The notes under the pieces are model-generated. The model did no database searches, was not told the DNA's origin, and saw only the letters and a program-made list of their open reading frames with translations. A stretch of DNA of 12,883 nucleotides, taken from UHGV virus genome UHGV-1313942. The stretch is one strand, 5' to 3'. This document shows, piece by piece, positions 6,526 through 12,883 of the stretch. Within the stretch, counting starts at the first letter, position 1. Every line of letters begins with the position of its first letter. The stretch is from a virus. The position numbers and the translations under genes were made by a program.

Positions 6526-6750
6526 ATGAATCAGACATACATTCCATCATGCTTGAGAAATCTGCCAAAGCAGAAAGCAAAGCCCCGCAAGCAAGCCATA
6601 AAGGACGCTAAGGCAGAGGTTATTGATCAAGCAATACAATTGCTCAGGGAGGAGTTAAGAAGTGGCAAGCTCGAAGGAATGATGATGCCCTATCAGCGCG
6701 GATATCTATCGGCGATTAGTAAGTTGGAAGTATTGAAGAGTGAATTATGA
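6526..6750 (+). CDS. Hypothetical small basic protein
   Basis: Track ORF 6523..6750 (GTG) trimmed to the adjacent ATG at 6526; GAGG RBS; Lys-rich; immediately follows the N stop. No family recognised. Confidence 0.5.
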   Translation: MNQTYIPSCLRNLPKQKAKPRKQAIKDAKAEVIDQAIQLLREELRSGKLEGMMMPYQRGYLSAISKLEVLKSEL

Positions 6751-6812
6751 ACTATCTGGAATTTCCGGATGGTTCATTGTTTTGGCAGCAAACCACTTAT
6801 TTGAGGTGATAT

Positions 6813-7262
6813 ATGGAAGAACAAGCAAACAAGATTCTCGTAGAACTACTGCAAAAAGCCAGTAATGGAATAGACGCGGCTGTTTCATTCAGCCAGGCAC
6901 AGATTCCTGATGTTGTTCATCAGTTGCTGCTATGGAATATGGTTGACAGTCTGATTAAAACATTAATGGCCATTCTAACAATCCCACTGGTTTTCTGGTT
7001 TATGAAGAAGCAGTGCCAAAGAGTTGAGACAGGTAAAATCGGTGATGAAGGATATTCATGGGAGAAAGGAAATCCCAAATACATGCCGACAATGGTTTGG
7101 GATAGCAAAGGTGATATTAATCTTCTTATCATGCCATTGGTTGTAGTTTTGACTCTGTGGGGGATTTTTATTATTGGTGTAGTAACCAATATGACTTGGT
7201 TAAAAATTTGGCTGGCCCCAAAGCTTTACCTTATCGAATATGCAGCATCATTGGTTAAGTAA
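6813..7262 (+). CDS. Hypothetical membrane protein with two predicted TM helices (possible superinfection-exclusion-type cargo)
   Basis: 149 aa; hydrophobic segments LIKTLMAILTIPLVFWFM and LLIMPLVVVLTLWGIFIIGVV; GAGGTG RBS; AT-rich; followed directly by a terminator. Occupies the post-N position where lambdoid phages carry ral/sieB-type accessory genes. Function is inference only. Confidence 0.55.
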   Translation: MEEQANKILVELLQKASNGIDAAVSFSQAQIPDVVHQLLLWNMVDSLIKTLMAILTIPLVFWFMKKQCQRVETGKIGDEGYSWEKGNPKYMPTMVWDSKGDINLLIMPLVVVLTLWGIFIIGVVTNMTWLKIWLAPKLYLIEYAASLVK

Positions 7263-7266
7263 TTTC

Positions 7267-7291
7267 AGGCCGCATAGTCGGCCTTTATTTT
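7267..7291 (+). terminator. Rho-independent terminator (tL1-like) after the membrane-protein gene
   Basis: Stem AGGCCG (7267-7272) / CGGCCT (7279-7284), loop CATAGT, followed by the T-rich tract TTTATTTT. Confidence 0.7.
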
Positions 7292-7314
7292 GGGCATAAA
7301 CAACAGAGGTGAAT

Positions 7315-7602
7315 ATGAAAGAGTTTAAGGGTACGCCTGGTAAATGGAAGTACACGGTTAGAAACGTCAACGAGATGATGACTACGTTCCATGGTGTGAC
7401 GATTGGTGACACATACATTGAAGCAGCAACAAGAAATGAAAGGGAGGATGCGCTACTGATAGCGGCAGCACCTGACCTTCTCGAAGCACTTCAGTTATTA
7501 CTTAAGCAATCCAAAAATAGAACAACGACAACATATCCAGAATGGTATGAAGCTGTTAATAAAGGTCTTGCAGCAATCAGAAAAGCTCTTGGGGATAAGT
7601 AA
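7315..7602 (+). CDS. Hypothetical phage protein
   Basis: Track ORF 7309..7602 (GTG) trimmed to the ATG at 7315 with AGAGG RBS 5 nt upstream. No family recognised. Confidence 0.55.
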   Translation: MKEFKGTPGKWKYTVRNVNEMMTTFHGVTIGDTYIEAATRNEREDALLIAAAPDLLEALQLLLKQSKNRTTTTYPEWYEAVNKGLAAIRKALGDK

Positions 7603-7790
7603 TGAAAGTAAAAATAACTGCTTCTAATACCAGTTTTGTTAGTGTTGGTGATATTACAGAAGTAATAACAAACCATGATGGAACCCAAGTTATGTGGTCT
7701 GATTTTTGTAAAAGATATGAGCGAGTCACTTGGTGTAAACTCGTATGGGGCGTCGAATACGAAGAATTACCTGAAATGCATGACGAATAA
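7602..7790 (+). CDS. Hypothetical small phage protein
   Basis: 62 aa; start ATG overlaps the upstream stop (TAATG), implying translational coupling. No family recognised. Confidence 0.5.
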   Translation: MKVKITASNTSFVSVGDITEVITNHDGTQVMWSDFCKRYERVTWCKLVWGVEYEELPEMHDE

Positions 7791-7795
7791 GCACT

Positions 7796-7823
7796 GTGTA
7801 TTCATTCCAACGAGTGAATACAC
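7796..7823. repeat. Perfect 9-bp inverted repeat with 10-nt spacer (RNA hairpin or protein-binding site)
   Basis: GTGTATTCA (7796-7804) and TGAATACAC (7815-7823); not followed by a U-tract; lies in the intergenic region upstream of the cIII-proximal terminator. Confidence 0.45.
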
Positions 7824-7885
7824 GGAGCAATGTCGCTCGTAACTAAACAGGAGCCGACTTGTTCTGATTATTGGAAATCTTCTTT

Positions 7886-7909
7886 GCCCTCCAGTGTGAG
7901 GGCTTTTTT
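7886..7909 (+). terminator. Rho-independent terminator upstream of cIII (tL-like; read-through would require N antitermination)
   Basis: Stem GCCCTC (7886-7891) / GAGGGC (7898-7903), loop CAGTGT, followed by TTTTTT (7904-7909). Confidence 0.75.
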
Positions 7910-7975
7910 ATATGCATACCAATAACGCTTCACTCGAGGCGTTTTCGTTATGCAATCAAACAGAAGGAGCATCCT

Positions 7976-8146
7976 ATGCAACAGTTCGCTATTGCAGGGG
8001 CGGCATCGGTTCGCCCTTTCAACCCGATTTTATCGGTACAGCATTCACGAAAAAATATTTTAACCGGAGCAGACTTTAAACAACCTCGCGTTAAGAGCTT
8101 GCTGGATCGTCTTGTTGAGTTTCTGAATCAAAAGGTACAGCCATGA
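7976..8146 (+). CDS. cIII: CIII-like protein (FtsH inhibitor / CII stabiliser)
   Basis: Track ORF 7871..8146 trimmed to the ATG at 7976 (AAGGAG RBS 6 nt upstream; the extension would span the terminator). 56 aa; MQQFAIAG...SLLDRLVEFLNQ resembles lambda CIII as I recall it (MQYAIAGW...SLLERITRKL...LNQ). Confidence 0.65.
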   Translation: MQQFAIAGAASVRPFNPILSVQHSRKNILTGADFKQPRVKSLLDRLVEFLNQKVQP

Positions 8147-8307
8147 AAAAACCAACTTACGAGGAACTGGAAGAAGCCCTGAAAGAGCTTAGAAGAATGG
8201 CTTTCGCCAGACGCACTAACTCTCACAACTGCGGCCCATTTCAGTACTCGGATTTATGCGAGGACATCATTGAGGTAACTCAACTGATTAAGGTCGTTAA
8301 GCAATGA
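8143..8307 (+). CDS. Small hypothetical protein (54 aa; Kil position by synteny only)
   Basis: Not in the track. ATG overlaps the cIII stop (ATGA); translation MKKPTYEELEEALKELRRMAFARRTNSHNCGPFQYSDLCEDIIEVTQLIKVVKQ. Confidence 0.45.
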   Translation: MKKPTYEELEEALKELRRMAFARRTNSHNCGPFQYSDLCEDIIEVTQLIKVVKQ

Positions 8308-8411
8308 GTATTGCGGATACATGGTCAGACGAAGAATTCATTCGTCAGATGAACAAAATGCTCAATCAGCACAAAGAACAGGATAAAGATGATGATTCTG
8401 ACTCTGAATGA
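8304..8411 (+). CDS. Possible very small acidic ORF (35 aa), translationally coupled
   Basis: ATG overlaps the upstream stop (ATGA); MSIADTWSDEEFIRQMNKMLNQHKEQDKDDDSDSE; overlaps the start of the next ORF by 23 nt. Existence is uncertain. Confidence 0.25.
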   Translation: MSIADTWSDEEFIRQMNKMLNQHKEQDKDDDSDSE

Positions 8412-8700
8412 TAAGCGTGAAATATCGCAAATAATCGCAAGTTTTACTGATGAAGATTACGAACGAATCAACAGTGAAGTTGATCGCCTCTGCAAACGTT
8501 GCGACCCAATAAGCGAAATGCTTCGCTCATATAAACCAGATGAACACACTAAGGACGCTATCGACTGGCTGGAAGATGATGACTGTAACTATCAGGAAAA
8601 AGCCGCTGAATGGTTCTGGGATGCAATAACCGAAAGAGTTAAGGCTGAATATGCCTTCGCAATATTCAAACGCAGACACATTTTTGGAGAAGCAGCATGA
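8389..8700 (+). CDS. Hypothetical phage protein
   Basis: 103 aa; stop overlaps the RecT start (ATGA). No family recognised. Confidence 0.55.
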   Translation: MMILTLNDKREISQIIASFTDEDYERINSEVDRLCKRCDPISEMLRSYKPDEHTKDAIDWLEDDDCNYQEKAAEWFWDAITERVKAEYAFAIFKRRHIFGEAA

Positions 8701-9608
8701 GCAATATCGTTGAATTCGTTAAACAGCAAGAGCAGTTATTCTGCGGAGCATTGACTGAACAGACGGTGACATGGGCTAAGGAAAGCCAGTTTGCAATTCA
8801 GTATTTCCAGAAAAATGATTACCTGGCTAAAACTGCACTGGCAAATCCAACCAGCGCACAGAACGCCATCATCAATGTTGCGGCGATCGGCATCACCTTA
8901 AACCCGGCTAGCAAACTGGCTTATCTGGTTCCGCGCGACGGCATGGTGTGCCTTGATATCAGCTATATGGGATTACTACATATTGCAATGGAGTCTGGTG
9001 TTATCTCATGGGGTCAGGCAAAGCTTGTTCATGCTAACGATACTTATGAGTCAAACGGACTTGATAAAGCACCAACCCATAAATACAACGCCTTCGGTGA
9101 TCGTGGCGATATCGTTGGTGTTTACTGCACAGTTAAGACGCCAGCAGGTGATTATCTAACGGAAGAGATGAGTCTGGCTGAAATTGAGGCTGTAAGGAAA
9201 ACAAGCAAGGCGGCATTCAGCGATAAAGGACCATGGGTAAATCACTGGAATGAGATGGCGCGAAAGACGGTCGTAAAGCGTGCAAGCAAGTATTGGCCTA
9301 AGGCATCACGTCTTGATAGTGCTATTCACGTACTAAACGAAGAAGAAGGTGTATGGACTGAACCAGTTATGCCGCACAAATCAGAGGAAGATATCCGCGA
9401 AGATGAACGGAAACGCCAGCAGGAAATAACGGATAAAGCACAACTTCTTTGTGATGAAATGGCTCAGGCTGAAAACATGGATGATTTGAAGAGATATTTT
9501 GCAGAAGCATATCGCCTGACATCTGGAATGAAATTGCAGCAGAACATACAAGCCATTTACATAGAATGCAAAGCGAAACTGGAGGTTGCCAGTGAGCAAA
9601 CTATATGA
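8697..9608 (+). CDS. recT: RecT-family single-strand annealing recombinase
   Basis: 303 aa; GPWVNHWNEMARKTVVKRASKYWP closely matches the conserved E. coli RecT segment as I recall it (GPWVTHWEEMAKKTAIRRLFKYLP); occupies the bet/erf position of the early-left operon. Confidence 0.85.
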   Translation: MSNIVEFVKQQEQLFCGALTEQTVTWAKESQFAIQYFQKNDYLAKTALANPTSAQNAIINVAAIGITLNPASKLAYLVPRDGMVCLDISYMGLLHIAMESGVISWGQAKLVHANDTYESNGLDKAPTHKYNAFGDRGDIVGVYCTVKTPAGDYLTEEMSLAEIEAVRKTSKAAFSDKGPWVNHWNEMARKTVVKRASKYWPKASRLDSAIHVLNEEEGVWTEPVMPHKSEEDIREDERKRQQEITDKAQLLCDEMAQAENMDDLKRYFAEAYRLTSGMKLQQNIQAIYIECKAKLEVASEQTI

Positions 9609-10074
9609 AATTGCCAATGAATACGCAAAATTGATGGATTCAGATTTAGAACCAGAGATGATTGCTGACACAATAGAAGGCATGGAAGGAGAATTTACCG
9701 ATAAAATAGAACAACTTCTTTCCGTCATTAAAAATGAATCTGGTTATGCCGAACGCCTCAAGGAAGAGGCAAAGTCACTGAATGAGCGAGCCGCAGTAAT
9801 TCAAAATAAGATTGACAGCATCAAATCATATATAGCGTCATCGCTTGAAATGGTTGGCAAGAAAAATATTCGAGCAGGTATTCACCAGGTAACAATCCGC
9901 AAACCGTCAGAAATTGTAGAAATAATCGACTCAAGCGCCCTTCCTCCTGAATACGTTGAGTTTGAAACGACAATTAAAGCCGACAAACTGGCAATCAAGC
10001 ACCAACTAAAAGCAGGAATAAATATTCCCGGTGCTCAACTCAAGGTTGGGGAACCTTCACTTCTTATCAAATAA
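9592..10074 (+). CDS. Hypothetical protein, tentatively Sipho_Gp157-like, downstream of recT
   Basis: Track ORF starts at TTG 9586, directly abutting GGAGG (9581-9585); I prefer the in-frame GTG at 9592 (6-nt spacing). Family assignment is from memory of similar annotations and is weak. Confidence 0.5.
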   Translation: MSKLYEIANEYAKLMDSDLEPEMIADTIEGMEGEFTDKIEQLLSVIKNESGYAERLKEEAKSLNERAAVIQNKIDSIKSYIASSLEMVGKKNIRAGIHQVTIRKPSEIVEIIDSSALPPEYVEFETTIKADKLAIKHQLKAGINIPGAQLKVGEPSLLIK

Positions 10075-10085
10075 CGGTATCGCCT

Positions 10086-10400
10086 ATGAAAAAGACTCCA
10101 TGGGAGAAATGGGAAGTCGATTTCTTGCGCGAAGTATCGGCGACAATGCCAGTTGAAGTTATTGCTGAAAAACTGGAAAGGACTGAAAAATCAGTTATGG
10201 CGAAAGCAACAAGGATTGGCGCTGACATTGTTAGCCGACTTCGTGGAAGACGCTGGACAAGAGCCGAAGTATCACTTTTCGGTAAGTTCTCCGCAGAAGA
10301 AATAGCAATTGCAACCTGCCGCTCAATTTATTCAGTAAGAGCTATGCGATACAAGCTAAAAAAACTCGATGAAGAAAGAGCAGGCATACGAATAAATTAA
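10086..10400 (+). CDS. Hypothetical protein with an internal tandem repeat (possible Myb/SANT-like DNA-binding fold)
   Basis: 104 aa; two similar halves (WEKWEVDFLREV...KSVMAKATRIG and WTRAEVSLFGKF...YSVRAMRYKL). No confident family. Confidence 0.55.
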   Translation: MKKTPWEKWEVDFLREVSATMPVEVIAEKLERTEKSVMAKATRIGADIVSRLRGRRWTRAEVSLFGKFSAEEIAIATCRSIYSVRAMRYKLKKLDEERAGIRIN

Positions 10401-10416
10401 CATGGAGTAATTAACA

Positions 10417-10698
10417 ATGAAGCTAAACATCGACCTCGGAAAATACGTTATTACCGGAACCAAACACGATCTGATTCTTAGCGAAAGAGGAATTATCAAA
10501 GAAGGCGAGAATGCAGGGAAAGAAACACTAAGTCGTATCGGTTATTACAGCAAGTTTGAGCATCTGGTCAAAGAGTTATGCAACCGTGAAATCCTGTTAT
10601 CTCAGGCGCAGACGCTACAGGATATTCAGCAACATATCGAGACTTTAGCTGTGTCACTTAGCATGGCCGTTGACCAGTTCGTGGAGAGTAAATCATGA
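10417..10698 (+). CDS. Hypothetical phage protein
   Basis: 93 aa; GGAG RBS 9 nt upstream; stop overlaps the next start. Confidence 0.55.
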   Translation: MKLNIDLGKYVITGTKHDLILSERGIIKEGENAGKETLSRIGYYSKFEHLVKELCNREILLSQAQTLQDIQQHIETLAVSLSMAVDQFVESKS

Positions 10699-10859
10699 GA
10701 GGTCTTGCATACAATCCCGGCATTCTTCCGGCAGAAATGATTATTCGCCAACGCGTAAAGCCAATGCCATCGAGAGAGGAATTGCTTAAGAGAAATTCTT
10801 TTCCATCAGTGAATCAAAACAAGTATCTGAATGCGATGTTGCGGAGTGGGAAGAAATGA
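10695..10859 (+). CDS. Small hypothetical protein (54 aa)
   Basis: Not in the track. ATG overlaps the upstream stop and its stop overlaps the downstream start (both ATGA); [54 protein letters not shown]. Confidence 0.45.
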   Translation: MRGLAYNPGILPAEMIIRQRVKPMPSREELLKRNSFPSVNQNKYLNAMLRSGKK

Positions 10860-11554
10860 AACAAATGACACTAATTGAGATGGATGGATTTCTGAAAGGT
10901 AAATGCATCCCACGAGATTTAAAGGTTAACGAAACAAACGCTGAATATCTGGTGCGTAAATTTGCTGAGATTGAATCAAAACTGGAAACGGCGTTGCGGG
11001 AGTGTCGTTCTGCTGGAATAACGATTGATAACCTTGAGGCCAAGTGCGCAGCGCTGGCTGCTGATAACAAGAAAGCAATGGAGGCAATGAGGCAGGCAGA
11101 TGCAGCCGTTAAGTTGGCACACGAGAAGTTTTCGGCGCTGACTGCGGAGAATGCGGGGATGAAGGCGACATGTGAGGACCGTCGAACGTTCATTATGAAC
11201 GGTGTGCAACTGGGTTATATCAAGGTTCCTACAGTAGATACAGACCCGGCACTTGATACCATTCGTGTTGCTGTATCACCACAAGAACCAACCCCAGCCA
11301 CCGACGCTTTCTTGGCTGAAGTGAAGACTGAAGCACGCAAGGAGGGCGCTTACTTTGTTGCGAACAGAATGCTGGCTGCCTGGGAAGCTGGTTTTATTGA
11401 TGATACTGCGAAGAACGCCGCTGATATTGCCCGGATGATTCTTACCTCTACTGAGTTTATGGCTAATGCGCCGGAAGGCGATTTTGACCGCTCATTCTCT
11501 GATGGCGTACTCGAAGACATCGCTGCCCAGCTTCGCAAAGGAGTGCAGTCATGA
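10856..11554 (+). CDS. Hypothetical phage protein, probably coiled-coil in its N-terminal half
   Basis: 232 aa; Ala/Glu/Lys-rich heptad-like segment (about residues 30-100); coupled to flanking genes by ATGA overlaps. Confidence 0.6.
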   Translation: MKQMTLIEMDGFLKGKCIPRDLKVNETNAEYLVRKFAEIESKLETALRECRSAGITIDNLEAKCAALAADNKKAMEAMRQADAAVKLAHEKFSALTAENAGMKATCEDRRTFIMNGVQLGYIKVPTVDTDPALDTIRVAVSPQEPTPATDAFLAEVKTEARKEGAYFVANRMLAAWEAGFIDDTAKNAADIARMILTSTEFMANAPEGDFDRSFSDGVLEDIAAQLRKGVQS

Positions 11555-11811
11555 GCATTCTTGAAATTCTAAACACTGGCCTCGCTCTGATGGGGTGGTT
11601 ATTCATCATGTTCAAAACGGGCCAGTGGTTTATCTCCATTGCGCTAAAGCAGTGGGATAAGCGTAGAAAGCTATCTCGTAGACAGAAGGCAGTAAACGAA
11701 TTTTACGATGCGTTTGACCTGTCCAGCATCGAACCAGGAACAACGGTGCGCCTGGCGACTAAAGGCGATCTGACAATCATGATGTATCGCACAGAAGGAT
11801 CCGCCCAATGA
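11551..11811 (+). CDS. Hypothetical small protein with one predicted TM helix
   Basis: 86 aa; hydrophobic LALMGWLFIMF near the N-terminus; AAGGAG RBS 7 nt upstream; stop overlaps the next start. Confidence 0.55.
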   Translation: MSILEILNTGLALMGWLFIMFKTGQWFISIALKQWDKRRKLSRRQKAVNEFYDAFDLSSIEPGTTVRLATKGDLTIMMYRTEGSAQ

Positions 11812-12407
11812 GCAACATCAACAAACAGGCGCTGCGTGGTCAGAGCGTCGAAGGTTCGTATTACCTGGCAGAATGTGGTCATTGTGGCGAGATGTACCCA
11901 AGTAACAAGCTGGATGGAGGTGAGTCGCTATTTTCCGGCGATTACGGTGAATGCTTCTGCCACCTCTGTGGCGCTGATGATTCTGATATTGCAGATAACG
12001 GCGCGTGGGGTTCTGAGGCTGTAACAGCATGGAATTATCAGCAGAAGCGTATCGAAGCGCTGCTGGATGAGAACTACAGGCTGACTGCGGAGCGTGATGC
12101 TCTGCGAGAAAACATAGGCGGTGACAACACCCGTGCAGCTGCTGATATTTACTTCCAACTGGTCGAGGAGTGCGAAATTCCTGCTGGCGGATCTCTGGTC
12201 GAATACGTTGATGATATGCGCGAGAAGCTGGAAGCCGCAGAGAAGCGCATTGCAGAACTGGAAGCACGGGAAATATCGCTCCCAGAACGTAGCAGCATGC
12301 TTCATCGAACAGATTTCCACGAGGATTACCAAACGGTAATGGCATACAAAGTTTCTGAAGTCATCGCTGCAATCCGCGCTGCAGGCATTCGCATCAAAGG
12401 AGAGTGA
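11808..12407 (+). CDS. Hypothetical protein with N-terminal Cys-rich (zinc-ribbon-like) motif and C-terminal coiled coil
   Basis: 199 aa; CGHCG ... CFCHLCG cysteine pairs; GAAGGA RBS; last gene of the overlapping chain before a terminator. Confidence 0.6.
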   Translation: MSNINKQALRGQSVEGSYYLAECGHCGEMYPSNKLDGGESLFSGDYGECFCHLCGADDSDIADNGAWGSEAVTAWNYQQKRIEALLDENYRLTAERDALRENIGGDNTRAAADIYFQLVEECEIPAGGSLVEYVDDMREKLEAAEKRIAELEAREISLPERSSMLHRTDFHEDYQTVMAYKVSEVIAAIRAAGIRIKGE

Positions 12408-12488
12408 TATGAGCACTGGATGATATGGGCGCAGATAGCACATGCAGACGTAACCAATATTCGAATTGAAGAACTGAAAGAACACCAA

Positions 12489-12510
12489 GCCGCCTGATGG
12501 CGGTTTTTTA
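12489..12510 (+). terminator. Rho-independent terminator after the early-left gene chain
   Basis: Stem CCGCC (12490-12494) / GGCGG (12499-12503), loop TGAT, followed by TTTTTTATT. Confidence 0.7.
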
Positions 12511-12554
12511 TTGCCTGATTTGCAGGTTCGATTCCCTATTCGGAGATAGCACTC

Positions 12555-12755
12555 ATGCAACACGAACTACAGCCTGATTCACTGGTTGATTTGAAATTCA
12601 TCATGGCCGATACTGGCTTCGGTAAAACCTTCATCTATGACCGGATTAAGTCCGGGGACCTGCCTAAAGCCAAAGTTATCCACGGGCGAGCAAGATGGTT
12701 ATATCGTGACCATTGTGAATTCAAAAATAAGCTCTTAAGCCGCGCCAATGGGTAA
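12555..12755 (+). CDS. xis: Excisionase / AlpA-family small DNA-binding protein
   Basis: 66 aa; GGAG RBS 9 nt upstream; KFIMADTGFGKTFIYDRIKSGDLPKAKVIHGRARWLYRDHCEF fits the AlpA/Xis winged-helix pattern as I recall it. Position at the distal end of the early-left operon, where int would follow. Confidence 0.65.
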   Translation: MQHELQPDSLVDLKFIMADTGFGKTFIYDRIKSGDLPKAKVIHGRARWLYRDHCEFKNKLLSRANG

Positions 12756-12883
12756 AATAGCGGGTAAAATTTTTTTCACATCTAAAAAACACCATTCCAA
12801 TCAATCCCCTGCCGCTTCAAGTAGATGTCTGCAGGGGACACCATCCTTGTGTTTATCCCTAAAACCACATAAAAACCGTAAAT

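Noticed and set aside
6386-7688. Minus-strand track ORFs 6386..6580, 6920..7189 and 7491..7688
   Set aside because: Antisense to N, the membrane-protein gene and the 7315..7602 gene respectively; no supporting signals.
7871-7975. N-terminal extension of track ORF 7871..8146
   Set aside because: The extension would be translated through an intrinsic terminator hairpin (7886-7909) and has no RBS; the ATG at 7976 has an AAGGAG RBS and begins the CIII-like sequence.
8953-9728. Track ORFs 8953..9159 (+) and 9381..9728 (-) overlapping recT and the downstream gene
   Set aside because: Alternative-frame or antisense ORFs inside RecT, whose frame is supported by strong family-level similarity.
12420-12497. 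25-aa ORF (MIWAQIAHADVTNIRIEELKEHQAA) between the last early-left gene and the terminator
   Set aside because: No convincing RBS and its stop codon lies inside the terminator stem; too short to support without conservation evidence.
12525-12535. GGTTCGATTCC, an exact match to the canonical tRNA T-loop motif
   Set aside because: Flanking sequence cannot form a T-stem (only 2-3 bp pair), no complementary acceptor-stem 5' strand exists upstream, and no CCA or discriminator context follows, so it is not a tRNA gene. It also sits upstream of xis rather than beyond int where attP would be expected, so I do not call it an att core; a relic tRNA fragment cannot be excluded.
10786-12563. Track ORFs 10786..11193 (-), 10976..11209 (-), 11350..11538 (-), 11818..12345 (-), 11836..12024 (+), 11928..12563 (-) and 12121..12339 (+)
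   Set aside because: All overlap the tightly coupled plus-strand gene chain 10856..12407 in other frames or strands; the minus ORF 11928..12563 would also run through the terminator at 12489-12510. Treated as shadow ORFs.
12812-12845. Inverted repeat CCCTGC-N20-GCAGGG near the right edge as attP core or int operator
   Set aside because: The window ends before any integrase gene or att context is visible; cannot be evaluated from the available sequence.

Overview
This window is the early/immunity region of a lambdoid (P22/lambda-type) temperate phage or prophage from an enterobacterial host, with classic synteny. On the minus strand: DnaB-type helicase, replication initiator with embedded ori iterons, a 48-aa ORF, cII, nutR, cro and PR. 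On the plus strand: PRM, cI (S24 autocleaving repressor), a two-gene AT-rich cargo operon, terminator, OL/PL, nutL, N antiterminator, a post-N cargo pair, terminators, cIII, small ORFs, a RecT recombinase, a chain of overlapping hypothetical early genes, and an Xis/AlpA-like gene at the right edge (int/att presumably beyond the window). The most interesting feature is the two-gene operon at 4083-5491, sitting exactly where lambda carries rexAB (between cI and OL/PL). It encodes a small protein with a Pol-beta-type nucleotidyltransferase signature and a 310-aa partner I cannot assign to any family, making it a candidate uncharacterised lysogen-expressed defence or exclusion module. All calls rest on reading the sequence and recalled protein-family signatures; no database search was run. 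Coordinates include stop codons.
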